Shown here: positions 1-14,566 of the stretch, piece after piece
How positions within the stretch are numbered: position 1 is the stretch's first letter
Layout of the letters: each line of letters starts with the position of its first letter
Source: Eledone cirrhosa
Taxonomy: Eukaryota
NCBI GenBank assembly: GCA_964016885.1
Contig: OZ024747.1
Span: 48,422,001-48,486,000 of the forward strand
Length of the DNA stretch: 64,000 nt
Direction of reading: 5' to 3'
Program-made: the position numbers and the translations under genes
Notes under the pieces: generated by a model
The model's input: only the letters and a program-made list of their open reading frames with translations
Told to the model about the DNA's origin: nothing
The model's database searches: none

Positions 1-210
1 GTGATGGTGGTGGTAGTGGTGATGATGGTGGTGGTGTTGTTGGTGATGTTAGTGATAGTGGTGGTGGTGGTGGTGGTAGTGGTGATGTTGAATATGGTTG
101 TGGTGTTGGTGGTGATGTTAGTGATGGTGTTGGTGGTGGTGGTGCTGTTAGTGATGGTGGTGGTAGAGGTGGTGATGGTGGCAGTGGTTTCGATAGAGCA
201 GTTGTGGTAG
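1..210. repeat. Degenerate (GTG/GTT/GAT)n trinucleotide repeat
   Basis: Visible GGT/GTG repeat; the ORF is a poly-Val artefact. Confidence 0.9.
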
Positions 211-258
211 TGATTGGTACCGTTAGTGTTATAACGACAGGCGAAGGTGAAGTGCTGG

Positions 259-650
259 TTAAAGTGGGGTAGAGTTGGGTAAGTTGGGTTAGGGTTGGGC
301 AAAGTGGGGTAGGGTTGAGTTAGGGTTGGGCAAAGTGGAGTAGATTTCGGTAAGGTGGGGTAGGGTTGTGGAAAGTGGGGTGGGTTGGGAAAAGTGGGTA
401 GGTTTGGGTAAGTTGGGGTAGGGTTGGGCAAAGTGGAAAGGGTTGGGCAAAGTGGGGTAGGTTTAGGTAAGTTGGGGTAAGGGTTGGGCAAAGTGGAAAG
501 GGTTGGGCAAAGTGGGTAGGTTTGGGTAAGTTGGGGTAAGGTTGGGCAAAGTGGGGTAGGGTTGGGTAAGGTGGCGTAGGGTTGGAAAATTGGGGTATGG
601 TTGGGTAAGGTGGCGTAGGGTTGGGCAAAGATGGGGTAGGGTTGCCTAAG
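259..650 (+). repeat. G-rich degenerate minisatellite (gggttgggcaaagtggggta-like units), telomere-like, G-quadruplex prone
   Basis: Dozens of GGG/GGGG runs with short spacers on one strand; occasional TTAGGG. Confidence 0.8.
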
Positions 651-874
651 TTATTGAGGGTACAGTAAGTTAAGATATTATTAAGGATAGGATAAATAAA
701 TTAGGGATGAAAATTGTTGCAGATTTCGAGACTGATTTTTACGTCTGGACGAAAAAGGCGTTGGCCATGTAGAGTTGCTGGGCGGTGGCAACAACAGCAA
801 CAACAGCAACAATAACAACGATAATAATAATAATAAAATAATAAAATATGAGAAAAGAAATGACGTGAGAGAGT

Positions 875-1074
875 NNNNNNNNNNNNNNNNNNNNNNNNNN
901 NNNNNNNNNNNNNNNNNNNNNNNNNNNNNNNNNNNNNNNNNNNNNNNNNNNNNNNNNNNNNNNNNNNNNNNNNNNNNNNNNNNNNNNNNNNNNNNNNNNN
1001 NNNNNNNNNNNNNNNNNNNNNNNNNNNNNNNNNNNNNNNNNNNNNNNNNNNNNNNNNNNNNNNNNNNNNNNNNN
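875..1074. other. Assembly gap (200 N)
   Basis: Run of n. Confidence 1.
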
Positions 1075-1154
1075 AATTGTTTATTCCGACGACCGATTTT
1101 GACGTCGTAGATTGCACGTATACATACACACACACACACACATACACACACACA

Positions 1155-1230
<76 letters not shown>

Positions 1231-1674
1231 CATACAAATACGTGTTTTGCAACGGGTCACATTGTGGCTCAATGAAAAGTTAAATTAAATAATCAGAGCT
1301 ATATATCATAAAACATGTCTATAGAATCACCAGATAAAATATATACCATTTCCTCTCCCAATTAGCATAATCAACTATATAAAAAATCGAATAGACCAGG
1401 CTATAAAAATCGAATAGACCAAGCTATAAGAATAAGGCTTCTATGAAGAAATCCCCAACAAATAACCGAAACTAGCCCTTCGCGTCGGCTGCGACGGAAT
1501 ATTTATCGAATATTTCGACAGCGAAATCGCCCAGATATACAGTTAATTAAACAGAATTAGGTGTAAAATAAACTAGGAGAAAAGATATATATATATATAT
1601 ATACATATATATACATACACACATACATACATACATGCATACATACATACATACAAAACCAGCGAGAACAGATT

Positions 1675-1850
1675 AATTGTTTCTACGTTTGGCACAAGGT
1701 CACCAATTACCCCAATGCATTACTGGTACTTTATTTTCTACACCCCGTCAAAGTTAACCTCGGCGGGATTCGAACTCAGAACGTAAAGGGCCATAACTCT
1801 ATGCTGCAAAGCATGGTGTCTGACGCTCTACCGATACTGCCATTCCACCT
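1675..1850 (-). mobile_element. tRNA-derived SINE
   Basis: Reverse-complement homolog of the SINE at 3690-3880; B-box GAGTTCGAATCC; near-identical flanks agcgagaacagattaat / agtgagaacagaataat (TSD). Confidence 0.85.
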
Positions 1851-2171
1851 ATTAGTGAGAACAGAATAATAACGGACATCTGTTTCGAAGCCTTCAGCTT
1901 TTTACCCAGATTATAAATTCACATTTATATCGATAATTATAGGAACACTTGGCTATGTTAATAAAAATCTACGTGATAATCTAGAAAGTGTTTTCAGGCA
2001 AAGAAATTGGCCAGATAAGAAGCACCTTCCAAATACAACCTGTAAGCACATTAGTTAAAATATACAAGACTTTTATAAAGTTACCGTTTTTGTTATAAAA
2101 TTGCAACAATGAAACATTTGTTTTCTGAATTAGGAACCACCTTTCAGAAAGTATTCAAATAAACATATATA

Positions 2172-2420
2172 CAAGGTTAAAGGTTAAAATCTGTCCCAAG
2201 CCTGTAGGTCATCATGCCAGAGCTAATCCCAGTTTCACTGACGCTAGTCCATTGCCGGGTTAACCTCCAGCTGCTGGTGGTACTCATTTTCAGCTGAGTT
2301 GACTGGAGCAACGGGAAATTAAGTATTTTGCACAAGAACACAACCTACCTCCTGGCCCAAGAATCGAATCCTTGACTATAAAACCGGAAGTCGAACACCC
2401 TAATCACCAGGTCACATGTC
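2172..2420 (-). mobile_element. Older SINE of a different family
   Basis: Degenerate B-box-like GGATTCGATTCTTGG on the minus strand, SINE-type body, (CCTTTAA)-like tail. Confidence 0.5.
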
Positions 2421-2811
2421 TTCTATATACAGGACCACCAAGAAAGATTTGGCAAGGCACAACAAGACCATTTTCAACTCCACCCGGGTGGAAGATGGAA
2501 TCCTCTCAAAATTGAGGTGTTAATGTCTAAACGAATCTAATTATCAAATGTTTTCAGCAATGATAATCAGTTTTTCCTTGCTTGTATGAAAAATAAGTTG
2601 ATAAAATATGAACAAAGTCAGCACTTTTTGAGGTATGATTACGCAAGAACCTGATCCCTAATCTTAGATTATCTGAATATAACTTCTAGTAAACTTTCGT
2701 AAATGTACATTTTCAGTCTATCAGAATGACTCTATAAAATATACTTTAACAGTGATGATAAGGTTAAAACAGCTAATAAAATGAACTTTCTGATTTCGTT
2801 TATATGCCAGG

Positions 2812-3010
2812 TTACGACACGACACTATCAAAATTAATTTCCTTGGCAATTTTTGAGGCAATAGTCAGTTTTGCTAAATCGACAAATCGGGTTTGCGATA
2901 CGGTAGATCTTAACAGTATTTTAATGTATTTCAGTTTGTTAAAATATCCTTCTATTGATTCTACCGTAGCCGTAATTATCGCCATTGTTCTTAAACTACC
3001 ACAAACATTT
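2812..3010 (-). pseudogene. hAT transposase C-terminal dimerisation-domain remnant
   Basis: TATVESIEGYFNKLKYIKILLRSTVSQTRFVDLAKLTI..EINFDSVV resembles the hAT motif T.AS.ERSFSKLK.IK..LRSTMSQ.RL..LA.LSI. Confidence 0.7.
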
Positions 3011-3689
3011 GAAAATATCTCAAAACATTTGTAGTCAGTTAATAAATTAACAATTATCAACGTTTTAGTTCTAGTTTCCAAAATTTGTTTTCTCTTCTGC
3101 ATTTTTGTTGCAAAATCTTCATTGTTTGGGTTAGTAAGATACTGGTATGTTGATCTATTTGAAGGTGACAAATTATCGTTAGGGCGTTGGATTAAAAGTG
3201 TTGGTACTCCCTGCACTTTGAGATCAACTTTCGAGGATCAACTTTCCAGTCGGACGGAATGCTTTGTGGTGTTTGATCTAGCACTAGGCTTTTTGGGTAC
3301 AAATCTCTCCTCCAGGGGTATCAGCTTTCAATAAGCACTTAGTCAAACAACGATTAGAATATGTTCTGATACGTCAATGATTCGTAAATGATTCACCTTC
3401 CCCAGGGATTCAATGAAACTCGACTACGACAATCCCATATAGCTTAATTTCAGATGTTGTGAGATATCTCTACGAGAAATCAAGACTATTTAGCAGCAAA
3501 CCTATAGTTATTCCAGCAATAAAACTATAAATCAGAACATAAAACGGATATCTGAAGTAGGCCTCTTCTGGCAAATAATCTATACCAGTAATTTCTGCCG
3601 GAACGGCAGCAAGCGCAGGCTCATCGGACTCCCTTCACATCTTTCGATTCATCCAATAAAATAAAGGATGCCGCCATTAGAATAACTAG

Positions 3690-3880
3690 GCGGTGGATTG
3701 GCAGTATCAGTAGAGGGTCGGACGCCATGCTTTGACGCAAAGAGTTACGTCCCTTTACGATCTGAGTTCAAATCCCGCCGAGGTTAACTTTGCCTTTCAT
3801 CCTTACGGGGTCGATAAAATAAAGTACCAGTAATGTACTGGGTAATTGCTGGCCTTGTGCCAAAAGTAGAAACAATTATT
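3690..3880 (+). mobile_element. tRNA-derived SINE with 8-bp TSD
   Basis: A-box-like TGGCAGTATCAGT, B-box GAGTTCAAATCC, body gcctttcatccttacggggtcgataaaataaagtaccag; ataactag at 3682-3689 and 3881-3888. Confidence 0.9.
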
Positions 3881-4539
3881 ATAACTAGAGAATATTTTTT
3901 TTACATAACTAAAGCAGAGAATACAATGAAAACCAAAGAGGGGTTTCTTGGTAAAACGATAAAAAATTAAAGTCCCACAACTTATGCTTCCCCAGTAGAA
4001 CTAAGATATTTCTCCCACTCTTTTAAAACCGTTATCATTTCTCAATGATAAATAGAAGACAGCTTCGATTCTTTATGAGTTTCTGGGTAATTTATATACC
4101 AACCACTCGTGATGTCAACAACTGCTATATATTGAATATTTAACAAGTAACTCTCTTTACTTTATCTGACGAGATGACCCCCAAAAGTGGTAAATATTTC
4201 ACATTTTCTTTGTGATCATTTTCAGGTACATATTTTCTGTTGTTTAATTCGCATAGATATAAAGACATAGCACCGACAACTTGTTGAGTCACTATACCCC
4301 GTCAATGGTAAAAAATGGGATATATATATATACATATATATATATACACACACACACGCACACACAAACATATATATAGTCACTACTTTAAAACTCATAG
4401 CGAATGGTCTTCAAAATGTTTTTAAATAAACATACAGTATATTATCAAATATACTATACATACATTCATACATTCATCAGTGCTCTCAAATAACGATGGA
4501 ATATATATATGGACGGAATATATATATATATATATATAT

Positions 4540-5810
<1,271 letters not shown>

Positions 5811-5976
5811 TATATACTAGACCACCCGTGGGCCGTTGGGTCAGGTTCACTTCAAAATATTAAAAAAAAAACCATATTCACTTAAAAATAATTTTTAAAT
5901 AATTAAAATATACACAGACATGTATATAATGTGAAATGAAACTGGAAAGTTCATATATATATACGTGTGTGTATGT

Positions 5977-6131
5977 AGGAAAAAGGTTCAGGACACCGAA
6001 GCAGAGCTCAAGCAGTTTCGACGGCTATTTCTGGACTAAGCTTTGCCGTCGGGGTCCTGAACCTTTTCCTATTACCCACTCTATTACCCAAAGTATGGTC
6101 CATCTGGTTCCTTACCACACTTCCTTCGTTA
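5977..6131. mobile_element. PLE-type terminal repeat family B (inverted arm + tail)
   Basis: Shares gagctcaagccgtttcgacggctatt and the tail ...ttccttaccacacttccttcgtta with 6467, 14563, 55712 and 57266. Confidence 0.7.
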
Positions 6132-6466
6132 CGCGTGTGTATGTATATATATTAATGTATGTGTATACATATATATAAATATATATGTATGTGTGTGTGT
6201 ATATATATATATATGTGTGGGTGTATATATATATGTGTGGGTGTCTGTGATCTATATACACTAGTCATAGACACGCACACACATATACATACACACATAT
6301 ATATATATACACATACACACACACTCATATATATATACACACAATAACACCACTATCCCTCTTCCATTCTCCTTCTCTGTCTCCTCTCCCCCTCTCCATG
6401 TCTCTCTTTCAATCTACTCTGTCACAACCACTGTCTCTTCCTCTCTATCTTTCTCTCTCTTTGTTT

Positions 6467-6621
6467 AGGAAAAGGTATGACCCCGACGGCAGAGCTCAAG
6501 CCGTTTCGACGGCTATTTCTGGACTAAAATAGGATATTTAGCCTGGTAAATAAATAGCCGAAGATTGTAGTTGATCTGGTGCGTTATGGTCCATCTGATT
6601 CCTTACCACAATTCCTTCGTT
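6467..6621. mobile_element. Family B copy
   Basis: Same inverted arm and 3' tail as 5977-6131. Confidence 0.65.
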
Positions 6622-6818
6622 CTCTCTTTGTTTATGAAGGTACCCGGAAAAACCCCATATCTCGGGAACCCGTGGTCCGATTTACGCGAAACTTGTTTTA
6701 TTCCATTTGCATTCCAATTTCAGGGTCAACTTCCTTTCAAAGTATTTTCCAATTATACGCCCTTTTGTGTGTATTACATTACAGACAAGCAAGAAAGCAA
6801 GCTATTACAGACTTTTAG

Positions 6819-6876
<58 letters not shown>

Positions 6877-6890
6877 CTAAAAGTCTGTAA

Positions 6891-6959
6891 TAAAAGGAGA
6901 TAGTCCAGAAATAGCTGTTGAAACGGCTTGAGCTCTGCCGTTAGGGTTCTTACTCTTTT

Positions 6960-6997
<38 letters not shown>

Positions 6998-7060
6998 AAA
7001 AGAGTAAGAACCCTAACGGCAGAGCTCAAGCCGTTTCAACAGCTATTTCTGGACTATCTC

Positions 7061-7066
<6 letters not shown>
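6891..7066. repeat. Perfect ~70-bp inverted repeat of the family B arm mirrored around (TA)n
   Basis: taaaaggagatagtcc...cttttcc (TA)n ggaaaag...ggactatctcctttta. Confidence 0.85.
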
Positions 7067-7097
<31 letters not shown>

Positions 7098-7098
7098 T

Positions 7099-7182
7099 TG
7101 TCAGAAGTGGGATTCGAACCCACGCCGGGAAGACCCAACTGCGACCTGAACGCAGCGCCTTAGACCGCTCGGCCATCCTGAC
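7099..7182 (-). tRNA. trnL-CAG: tRNA-Leu(CAG)
   Basis: Reverse complement GTCAGGATGGCCGAGCGGTCTAAGGCGCTGCGTTCAGGTCGCAGTTGGGTCTTCCCGGCGTGGGTTCGAATCCCACTTCTGACA: intact cloverleaf, CAG anticodon, long variable arm, A and B boxes. Confidence 0.95.
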
Positions 7183-7517
7183 TTTCTTATATCAAAGTTT
7201 AATGGGCTTCCACTGATGATTTATAAGCGCCCACCTAAATATATTCTTACATGAATGTATATTAGGCTTCTACATAAACTGGAAATATTCTCCGAATTTG
7301 TAGAAAACTTATAATGAAACAATTGTTTGGAAAGAGAGATATATTTTAACTTTAATTATATCTCATAAAATAATACAACTGGCTTTTCCACATAATACAT
7401 ATTGTTAGCACCCCAAACACTTAAATTGGGTTTATATTAAAATATAACCTAATGTTCGTTGAGTGAGATGGTTACCAGTCAGAGATTAGCTTTAAACTAT
7501 CTCTGTTATTGTATTAA

Positions 7518-7648
<131 letters not shown>

Positions 7649-7879
7649 AAAAAAAATTGAAAATGCAATTGGAATCTTTTAAGAATATTTATTTATTTAC
7701 TTTACAAGTTTCACAGTTCTTATGATTTTCAAAAGTAAAATTGAGATGGAGGGTTTGTCTAGACAAACCACCCGTGTAGGACATCTCGTTTGTCATGACT
7801 AGAAACTGGTAAATGTGTGGCCGTCTTCTTGTCTATGCCATTTCAGCCCCATGGATTATATTCCTTTGTTAAATTTCGA

Positions 7880-7937
7880 ATACCTGATGATGTCACCGGA
7901 TTCATACTGAACCCGGTCATTGAAATGTTCATAGTAT
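7880..7937 (+). ncRNA. Minimal type I hammerhead ribozyme
   Basis: atac-CTGATGA-[stem II accgg..ccggt]-GAAA-tgttca-TA-gtat, then AATAAA and (TA)n about 50 nt downstream. Confidence 0.65.
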
Positions 7938-7980
7938 AATAAACCTTTAAGGAATTACACCAGTCCAGCCTCCTGTTATT

Positions 7981-8016
<36 letters not shown>

Positions 8017-8075
8017 TTATTCCGGGTTCAATCGGGAGTAACCACAGTAAGTAAGGTACTCAACTCAATACAGGC

Positions 8076-8126
8076 AGCTTCCTGATGATTTCTCACGAAT
8101 GAAACAGTTCTAGTCCTGTAGAAGCT
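8076..8126 (+). ncRNA. Type I hammerhead ribozyme
   Basis: agcttc-CTGATGA-t ttc tcac gaa t-GAAA-cag ttctagtc ctg-TA-gaagct; all three helices pair. Confidence 0.8.
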
Positions 8127-8134
8127 TTTCTATA

Positions 8135-8206
<72 letters not shown>

Positions 8207-8249
8207 CATACATACACACCATTTAAGTTATTTTGATCAGTTTACATGC

Positions 8250-8815
8250 TTTTGCAATCCCAAAACAGGAAATATCAAAAAAGAGATTGAGATGCAGGAA
8301 AAACATCTAGATGTGACAACATATGCAGACTCTGTGGTATAAACATTGAGCATAAGAAGCTGTCATCACGCTACATTCATGATGTGGCTAAATCACTATA
8401 TGCAATATAATCTGTAGAAAGGATAGTTCTGAAGATGAAAATATAAAGAAGTTACTGCGATATGGATCACATATGATATGGAAGTGTAATGGTGGAATGT
8501 TCAAATCACAACCCCAGTAAAACGTAGACATGGCAGAACAGAGATAATGTAGAAAAAACAATGCATGCATAGTAGTAAAAATCAGTAACCCAGTAGATGC
8601 TATAGTGTTAAGGGTTAATGAAAAGGAGAATATTTATGCCGAACTAATGAGAAATCTGCAGATTCTCCACCTTTATTATAGCTGTAGTCATTTGTGGTCA
8701 TTGGAACATTTGTGTATGTTACTAACTGTCACATATCCCGAGAAGTTGGGCTTCATAAAACCAGAAAAAACACGGCTAGTTAGGAAATATGTAAAGCATT
8801 TCGGAAATTTAGTAT
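8250..8815 (+). pseudogene. Decayed 3' end of an RLE-type (R4/Dong-like) LINE
   Basis: EKENIYAELMRNLQILH is nearly identical to the peptide at 40486-40704. Confidence 0.7.
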
Positions 8816-8928
8816 AATTGCTTGTGTATAGAAACGTATATATGTACACATATAACTGCTTGTATATAGAAACGTATATATTTACACATATAACTGCTTG
8901 TATATAGAAACGTATATATGTACACATA
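8812..8928. repeat. 3 x ~38-bp tandem repeat
   Basis: tataactgcttgtatatagaaacgtatatatgtacaca repeated. Confidence 0.8.
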
Positions 8929-9212
8929 ATTCAAAACATACATCAACACATGTAATGACATCCATACCTGCACACACATATGCACACACATACACACACA
9001 TACACAAACATACACACGCAGACAGTCAGACACGCACACACACACACACACACACTGACATACATAATCACCTCGTTAATGTCTAAATTCAAATGAAACT
9101 AGCTTCTGTGTTAGAAACCGGCTTTCTCTCTATTGCTAAGAGGTTTTTCTTTAAAAATAAAACCCCAAGAACATACATATGTGCATGTGATTTCCAACAT
9201 TGTCACAAGATA

Positions 9213-9406
9213 ATAATTGTTTCTATTTTTGGCACAAGGCCAGCAATTATCTCAGTGCATTACTGGTACTTTATTTTATCGACCCCGTAAGGATAAAAAG
9301 CAAAGCTAACCTTGGCAGGATTCGAACACAGAAAGAACATAAAAGGCCATACCTCTATGCTGCAAAGCAAGGTGTCTGACGCTCTACTGATTCTGCCAAT
9401 CCATCG
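9213..9406 (-). mobile_element. tRNA-derived SINE
   Basis: Homolog of the 3690 SINE; flanks gtcacaagataataat / gtcacaagaaaataat (TSD). Confidence 0.8.
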
Positions 9407-9559
9407 TCACAAGAAAATAATACACTTTTGGTGGAAGCGGTACTACTGGTATAACTGGTACCTGAGCGGGATCAATCTGTGGTTGATTTGAGCAGGATTT
9501 ATATCAGTTATAAGCATAAATACCTGTAGCTATTTACCCCATCAGTTTAATTGGCCAGC

Positions 9560-10937
<1,378 letters not shown>

Positions 10938-10976
10938 TAAAATTAGCCCAAGGAAAATATTTTCCGGGCCGTGTAA

Positions 10977-11519
10977 TATAATTCAATATAAAGAGAGAAA
11001 AACACAGATATACACACATCTGTATTCAGATTATAGGGGACCAGAATTCGCTAGGTTGAATAGAATACTAACTATAAACAAAACGGTCTGCCAGACTCAA
11101 TTAAAGGAAAAAAATTAAGAGAAAAAACAAATAAACCGTTTGTGATAACCATCGAACAACCAGGCAGTCTTTGGTAAACTGTTTCGCATCGAATGAAGGG
11201 AATTACCAATTCTTCTGCTCTTCGGTGGAAGTAAAGAATTAGTAAACTCTTCAATTCTAGGTATCTTAGAAGACTAAATGAAACGTGCATTTAGAATGAT
11301 GCACGTGGCATCCAGAACTCAGCGTATCTAGTAAAAACCCTATACTGCTAAAAATAGCAGCCTAGTTCATTTAGCTCTACAAAATTTAAGGAGCCCTATT
11401 TCAAAGTATATATTGAGTTAGTTATTTAGTATTCTATTCAACCTAGCGAATTCTGGTCCCTTATAATCTGAATACAGATGCGTGTATATCTGTGTTTTTC
11501 TCTCTTTATATTGAATATA
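10977..11519. mobile_element. Element with ~90-bp inverted repeats and a degenerate minus-strand hammerhead (11160-11228)
   Basis: 10980-11071 is the reverse complement of 11426-11517; inside, minus strand: cca-CCGAAGA-gca..tgc-GAAA-cagt..actg-CC-tgg. Confidence 0.6.
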
Positions 11520-11710
11520 TATATATATATATGTAAGAATATTTTCGAAACAGCAGACGGGTTTGAAATTATTATAAATGTAAGTTATCGCCGTATTTTG
11601 AAATTAAAGAAATTAAAGAAATTATTTAGCCTGATAGTGGGGTTAAGAACACCCGGAGAAATGGAAAAAGATGAGTATTGACGTACATCATGACGTACTC
11701 ATCTTTTGCA

Positions 11711-11800
11711 TCAGGTTCATAATATGTGGTGACAGTCAAGTTTGCAATTTTCACAGTTGAAAATTGCAAACTTGACTGTCACCACATATTATGAACCTGA
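11711..11800. repeat. Perfect 43-bp-arm palindrome leading into a hammerhead
   Basis: tcaggttcataat...ttttca cagt tgaaaa...attatgaacctga. Confidence 0.9.
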
Positions 11801-11830
11801 AGATTGCGAAAGCATGAAAGTACTTGTTCA
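11792..11830 (+). ncRNA. Minimal type I hammerhead ribozyme
   Basis: tgaac-CTGAAGA-t tgc gaaa gca t-GAAA-gtac-TT-gttca; helix III region AAGTACTT is palindromic. Confidence 0.75.
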
Positions 11831-12055
11831 ATTAACACTTAGAATTTAATATTCTATCATACTATTTCATTCTAATATCATTATAAATTTTAAAGGATTG
11901 TAAATAAAACGAGTAAATCAGACAAAGTTGGAATTCCTCTTATTAATATATATATATATATATTATACATACATATATTCAATGATATTAAATAAACATC
12001 AGTTATAAACATTTATATTTGTTGAATTACCAACAAATTAAATATCCCTTTTGCT

Positions 12056-12159
<104 letters not shown>

Positions 12160-12169
12160 ATACTAATAA

Positions 12170-13809
12170 TAATATTTATACTTATATATACACTATATAT
12201 AATTATAAACAGGAAAGGTCAGTAATTCATTACCACCTTATTACCAGTAAGAAAAATAGTTCAATGTAAATACATCAGATGTTTTACAGAGCCGGAACAT
12301 AAATTACAGAATAATCAAAACTATATTCAAAACATTTTATTGCTGACAATCGTTTCTTCCAAACTTTCGTTTGAGATCATCGGAGCACTAGCAAAGTTTA
12401 GACATATAATAAACCTCCTATTCTACAGAACAATTGTAAAGATACGTAGATGTTAGTGTTGTCATTAACAGTGTCATATTTAAAGAGTGAAGATGATGTG
12501 GTCAGTATCAGTGGATGCGACAAAGATTTTAAAAGAATAATATAACAATTATAGAGGAATTAAAGAAGAAAGTTACTCGCAAAACGAGGACATTAGCGGT
12601 ACATAAGCAAACGCATAGAAAGAGTTCAGGGTATTAGGCATGTACAGAATATCTAGGTAAGAAACAAGCAATGGTACTAAGCATATATATCACAGTATAT
12701 ATATCACATAATACAATACAGTTATAACAGACAGAGATGCGTGGGTATGAAAAGCAGTTTCTATGAAGTTTATGGTGGATGAAGTGTGACAATTGTTCCG
12801 GTAATGTTCAAATGTGTTGTGAGTATTAATATTAAGGTTTTCCTTTCCATTACACTGGTTATATTTTAGTAAATGTTTATTAGTAGCTACAACTATGGAT
12901 TGTATATTGGTCCTATTACAATCTTATCAACAGTTCGAGTTGTTCTGGAGTGATTTGTCTAACCGTTTAATTTCAGGAAGTGATTAGAGATCTATACTAA
13001 GGGGAGCTAATGTGAAAGGGGAGGTAATTGGCGATTAATTTGTGTATAAGAGAAAAATGTACAGTTGTTTACAACTCCAATTAGTTAAATTCTATGTGGT
13101 AATATACAATATATTATGTTATAAGTGACTCCTTTTATATAATGCTATTTATTTTTTAATTTATATATTTAACTTTATATACAATCTTTTTTCTATATAA
13201 TATTTTAAAGGTCTCATTTTATCACTACCTACCAATATATTAATTAAATGAATAAAATATTAGTAAGGAAGGTATTGTAGTTATATTAAATGGTGGTAAC
13301 TTTATGTTTATTCCCAATAGTTATTGTAGAGTATAAGATCTGAGATAAACAGGAGATAAGTAGAGGAATGAGCTGATCATAGAATGTGATGTTGTGGAGG
13401 TAATTATATGCTGATAAAACCTAGAGGTAAAGTGTTAACGGTGGTGAGGTATCCAGATCTGACATTGTTATATACTAGCAGCTAGGTTTGAAGTTGTGGA
13501 AAGAGTGTTGGTGGTAGTATTGGCACGTGGAAAAAATTTCTAATTGTCTATTTAAAAAGTTTAGCTTAGAATAGATTATAGTGTGAGTGTCTAGAAGATA
13601 GAGGTTACATAATTTATTCGGTGGTTTATACGATGCGGCCCTATCTATTACTTCCCATTGAAGTGTATATGGTCTATTCTTAGTTTTCAGAGAGTGTATG
13701 TGGTTAGATAAAGAAGTGGAGTAGGCTAGATTGCGATTTTTGAAAGTAACTCATTTTGCGAGTAACTTTCTTCTTTAATTCCTCTATAATTGTTCTATTA
13801 TTCTTTTAT

Positions 13810-13810
<1 letters not shown>
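12170..13810 (-). mobile_element. 5'-truncated Naiad-type Penelope-like element (GIY-YIG C-terminus, 3' UTR, hammerhead, inverted 5' piece)
   Basis: Minus strand 13520-13750 translates to TFKNRNLAYSTSLSNHIHSLKTKNRPYTLQWEVIDRAASYKPPNKLCNL...LNRQLEIFSTC; HHR at 12341-12387; 13754-13808 is the reverse complement of 12530-12584; flanked by (CA)n/(TA)n. Confidence 0.75.
12341..12387 (-). ncRNA. Type I hammerhead ribozyme, CCGAUGA core variant
   Basis: tgct-CCGATGA-tct caaac gaaa gtttg gaa-GAAA-cgattg-TC-agca, immediately followed by AATAAA. Confidence 0.65.
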
Positions 13811-13877
<67 letters not shown>

Positions 13878-14192
13878 TAGTAATAATAATAAATGCGAAG
13901 ATTAAAATCCAAAGAGGGCTCGATAAGGATAAATATATATCAAATATATAAGAACCCTAGAGCAAATAATTATTTAAATAACAGATTAAAGTTTAAGCAA
14001 AGAATCGCTGCTTTCACCCTTAACTGGAACTTCTGAAACTAAAAAAAATCAATCTGTGAACGCAGAAGTAAATATTTCAAAAACTGTTGCAACCGAAGGA
14101 AAACAGGAAGACGATACTTTGGTTCGTGAAGACGTTCCCTGACAATGAAGGGAAAAATGCGAAAATACGTCGTTATGTGGAGCATTAAATAA

Positions 14193-14195
<3 letters not shown>
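13878..14195 (-). mobile_element. Family A copy with degenerate HHR (13990-14040)
   Basis: Reverse-complement homology to 4630-4850 and 33400-33580; (TA)n on both sides. Confidence 0.7.
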
Positions 14196-14228
<33 letters not shown>

Positions 14229-14289
14229 ATACACATACCGACCATAATTAAATATGGAATGATACGCGATGCCCCCCCCCCCCCCCCCC

Positions 14290-14350
14290 CAGCCCCGGCG
14301 GTCAGAATGGAGAAGGCGTTTCGCCGGAGGACGGCAAGGGAGACGCATGA
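14290..14350 (-). pseudogene. Short 3' fragment of a CRE-like LINE
   Basis: Reverse complement matches 21925-21980 and encodes RVSLAVLRRNAFSIL. Confidence 0.55.
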
Positions 14351-14479
14351 CCAGTACGAGCTGAAGATCCGCTAACAATTGTTCTCGGTATGGTGAACTA
14401 ACTGTTGTGTTACTACTTCTACCAAACTCGTCCCATGGACTGAGAGATCTACCACTACGGATATTACCTTCCAGTGTTC

Positions 14480-14562
<83 letters not shown>

Positions 14563-14566
<4 letters not shown>

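Larger units (their letters stand above)
5817..6822 (-). mobile_element. Possible non-autonomous Helitron-like element, interrupted by microsatellites and family-B fragments
   Basis: Minus-strand 3' end has a GC hairpin (ACCC..GGGT) followed by CTAG-T at 5817-5840; the 5' boundary is uncertain. Confidence 0.4.

Noticed and set aside
7213-7240. CTGATGA upstream of the tRNA (also CTGACGA at 4167)
   Set aside because: No stem II followed by GAAA and helix III, so not a hammerhead
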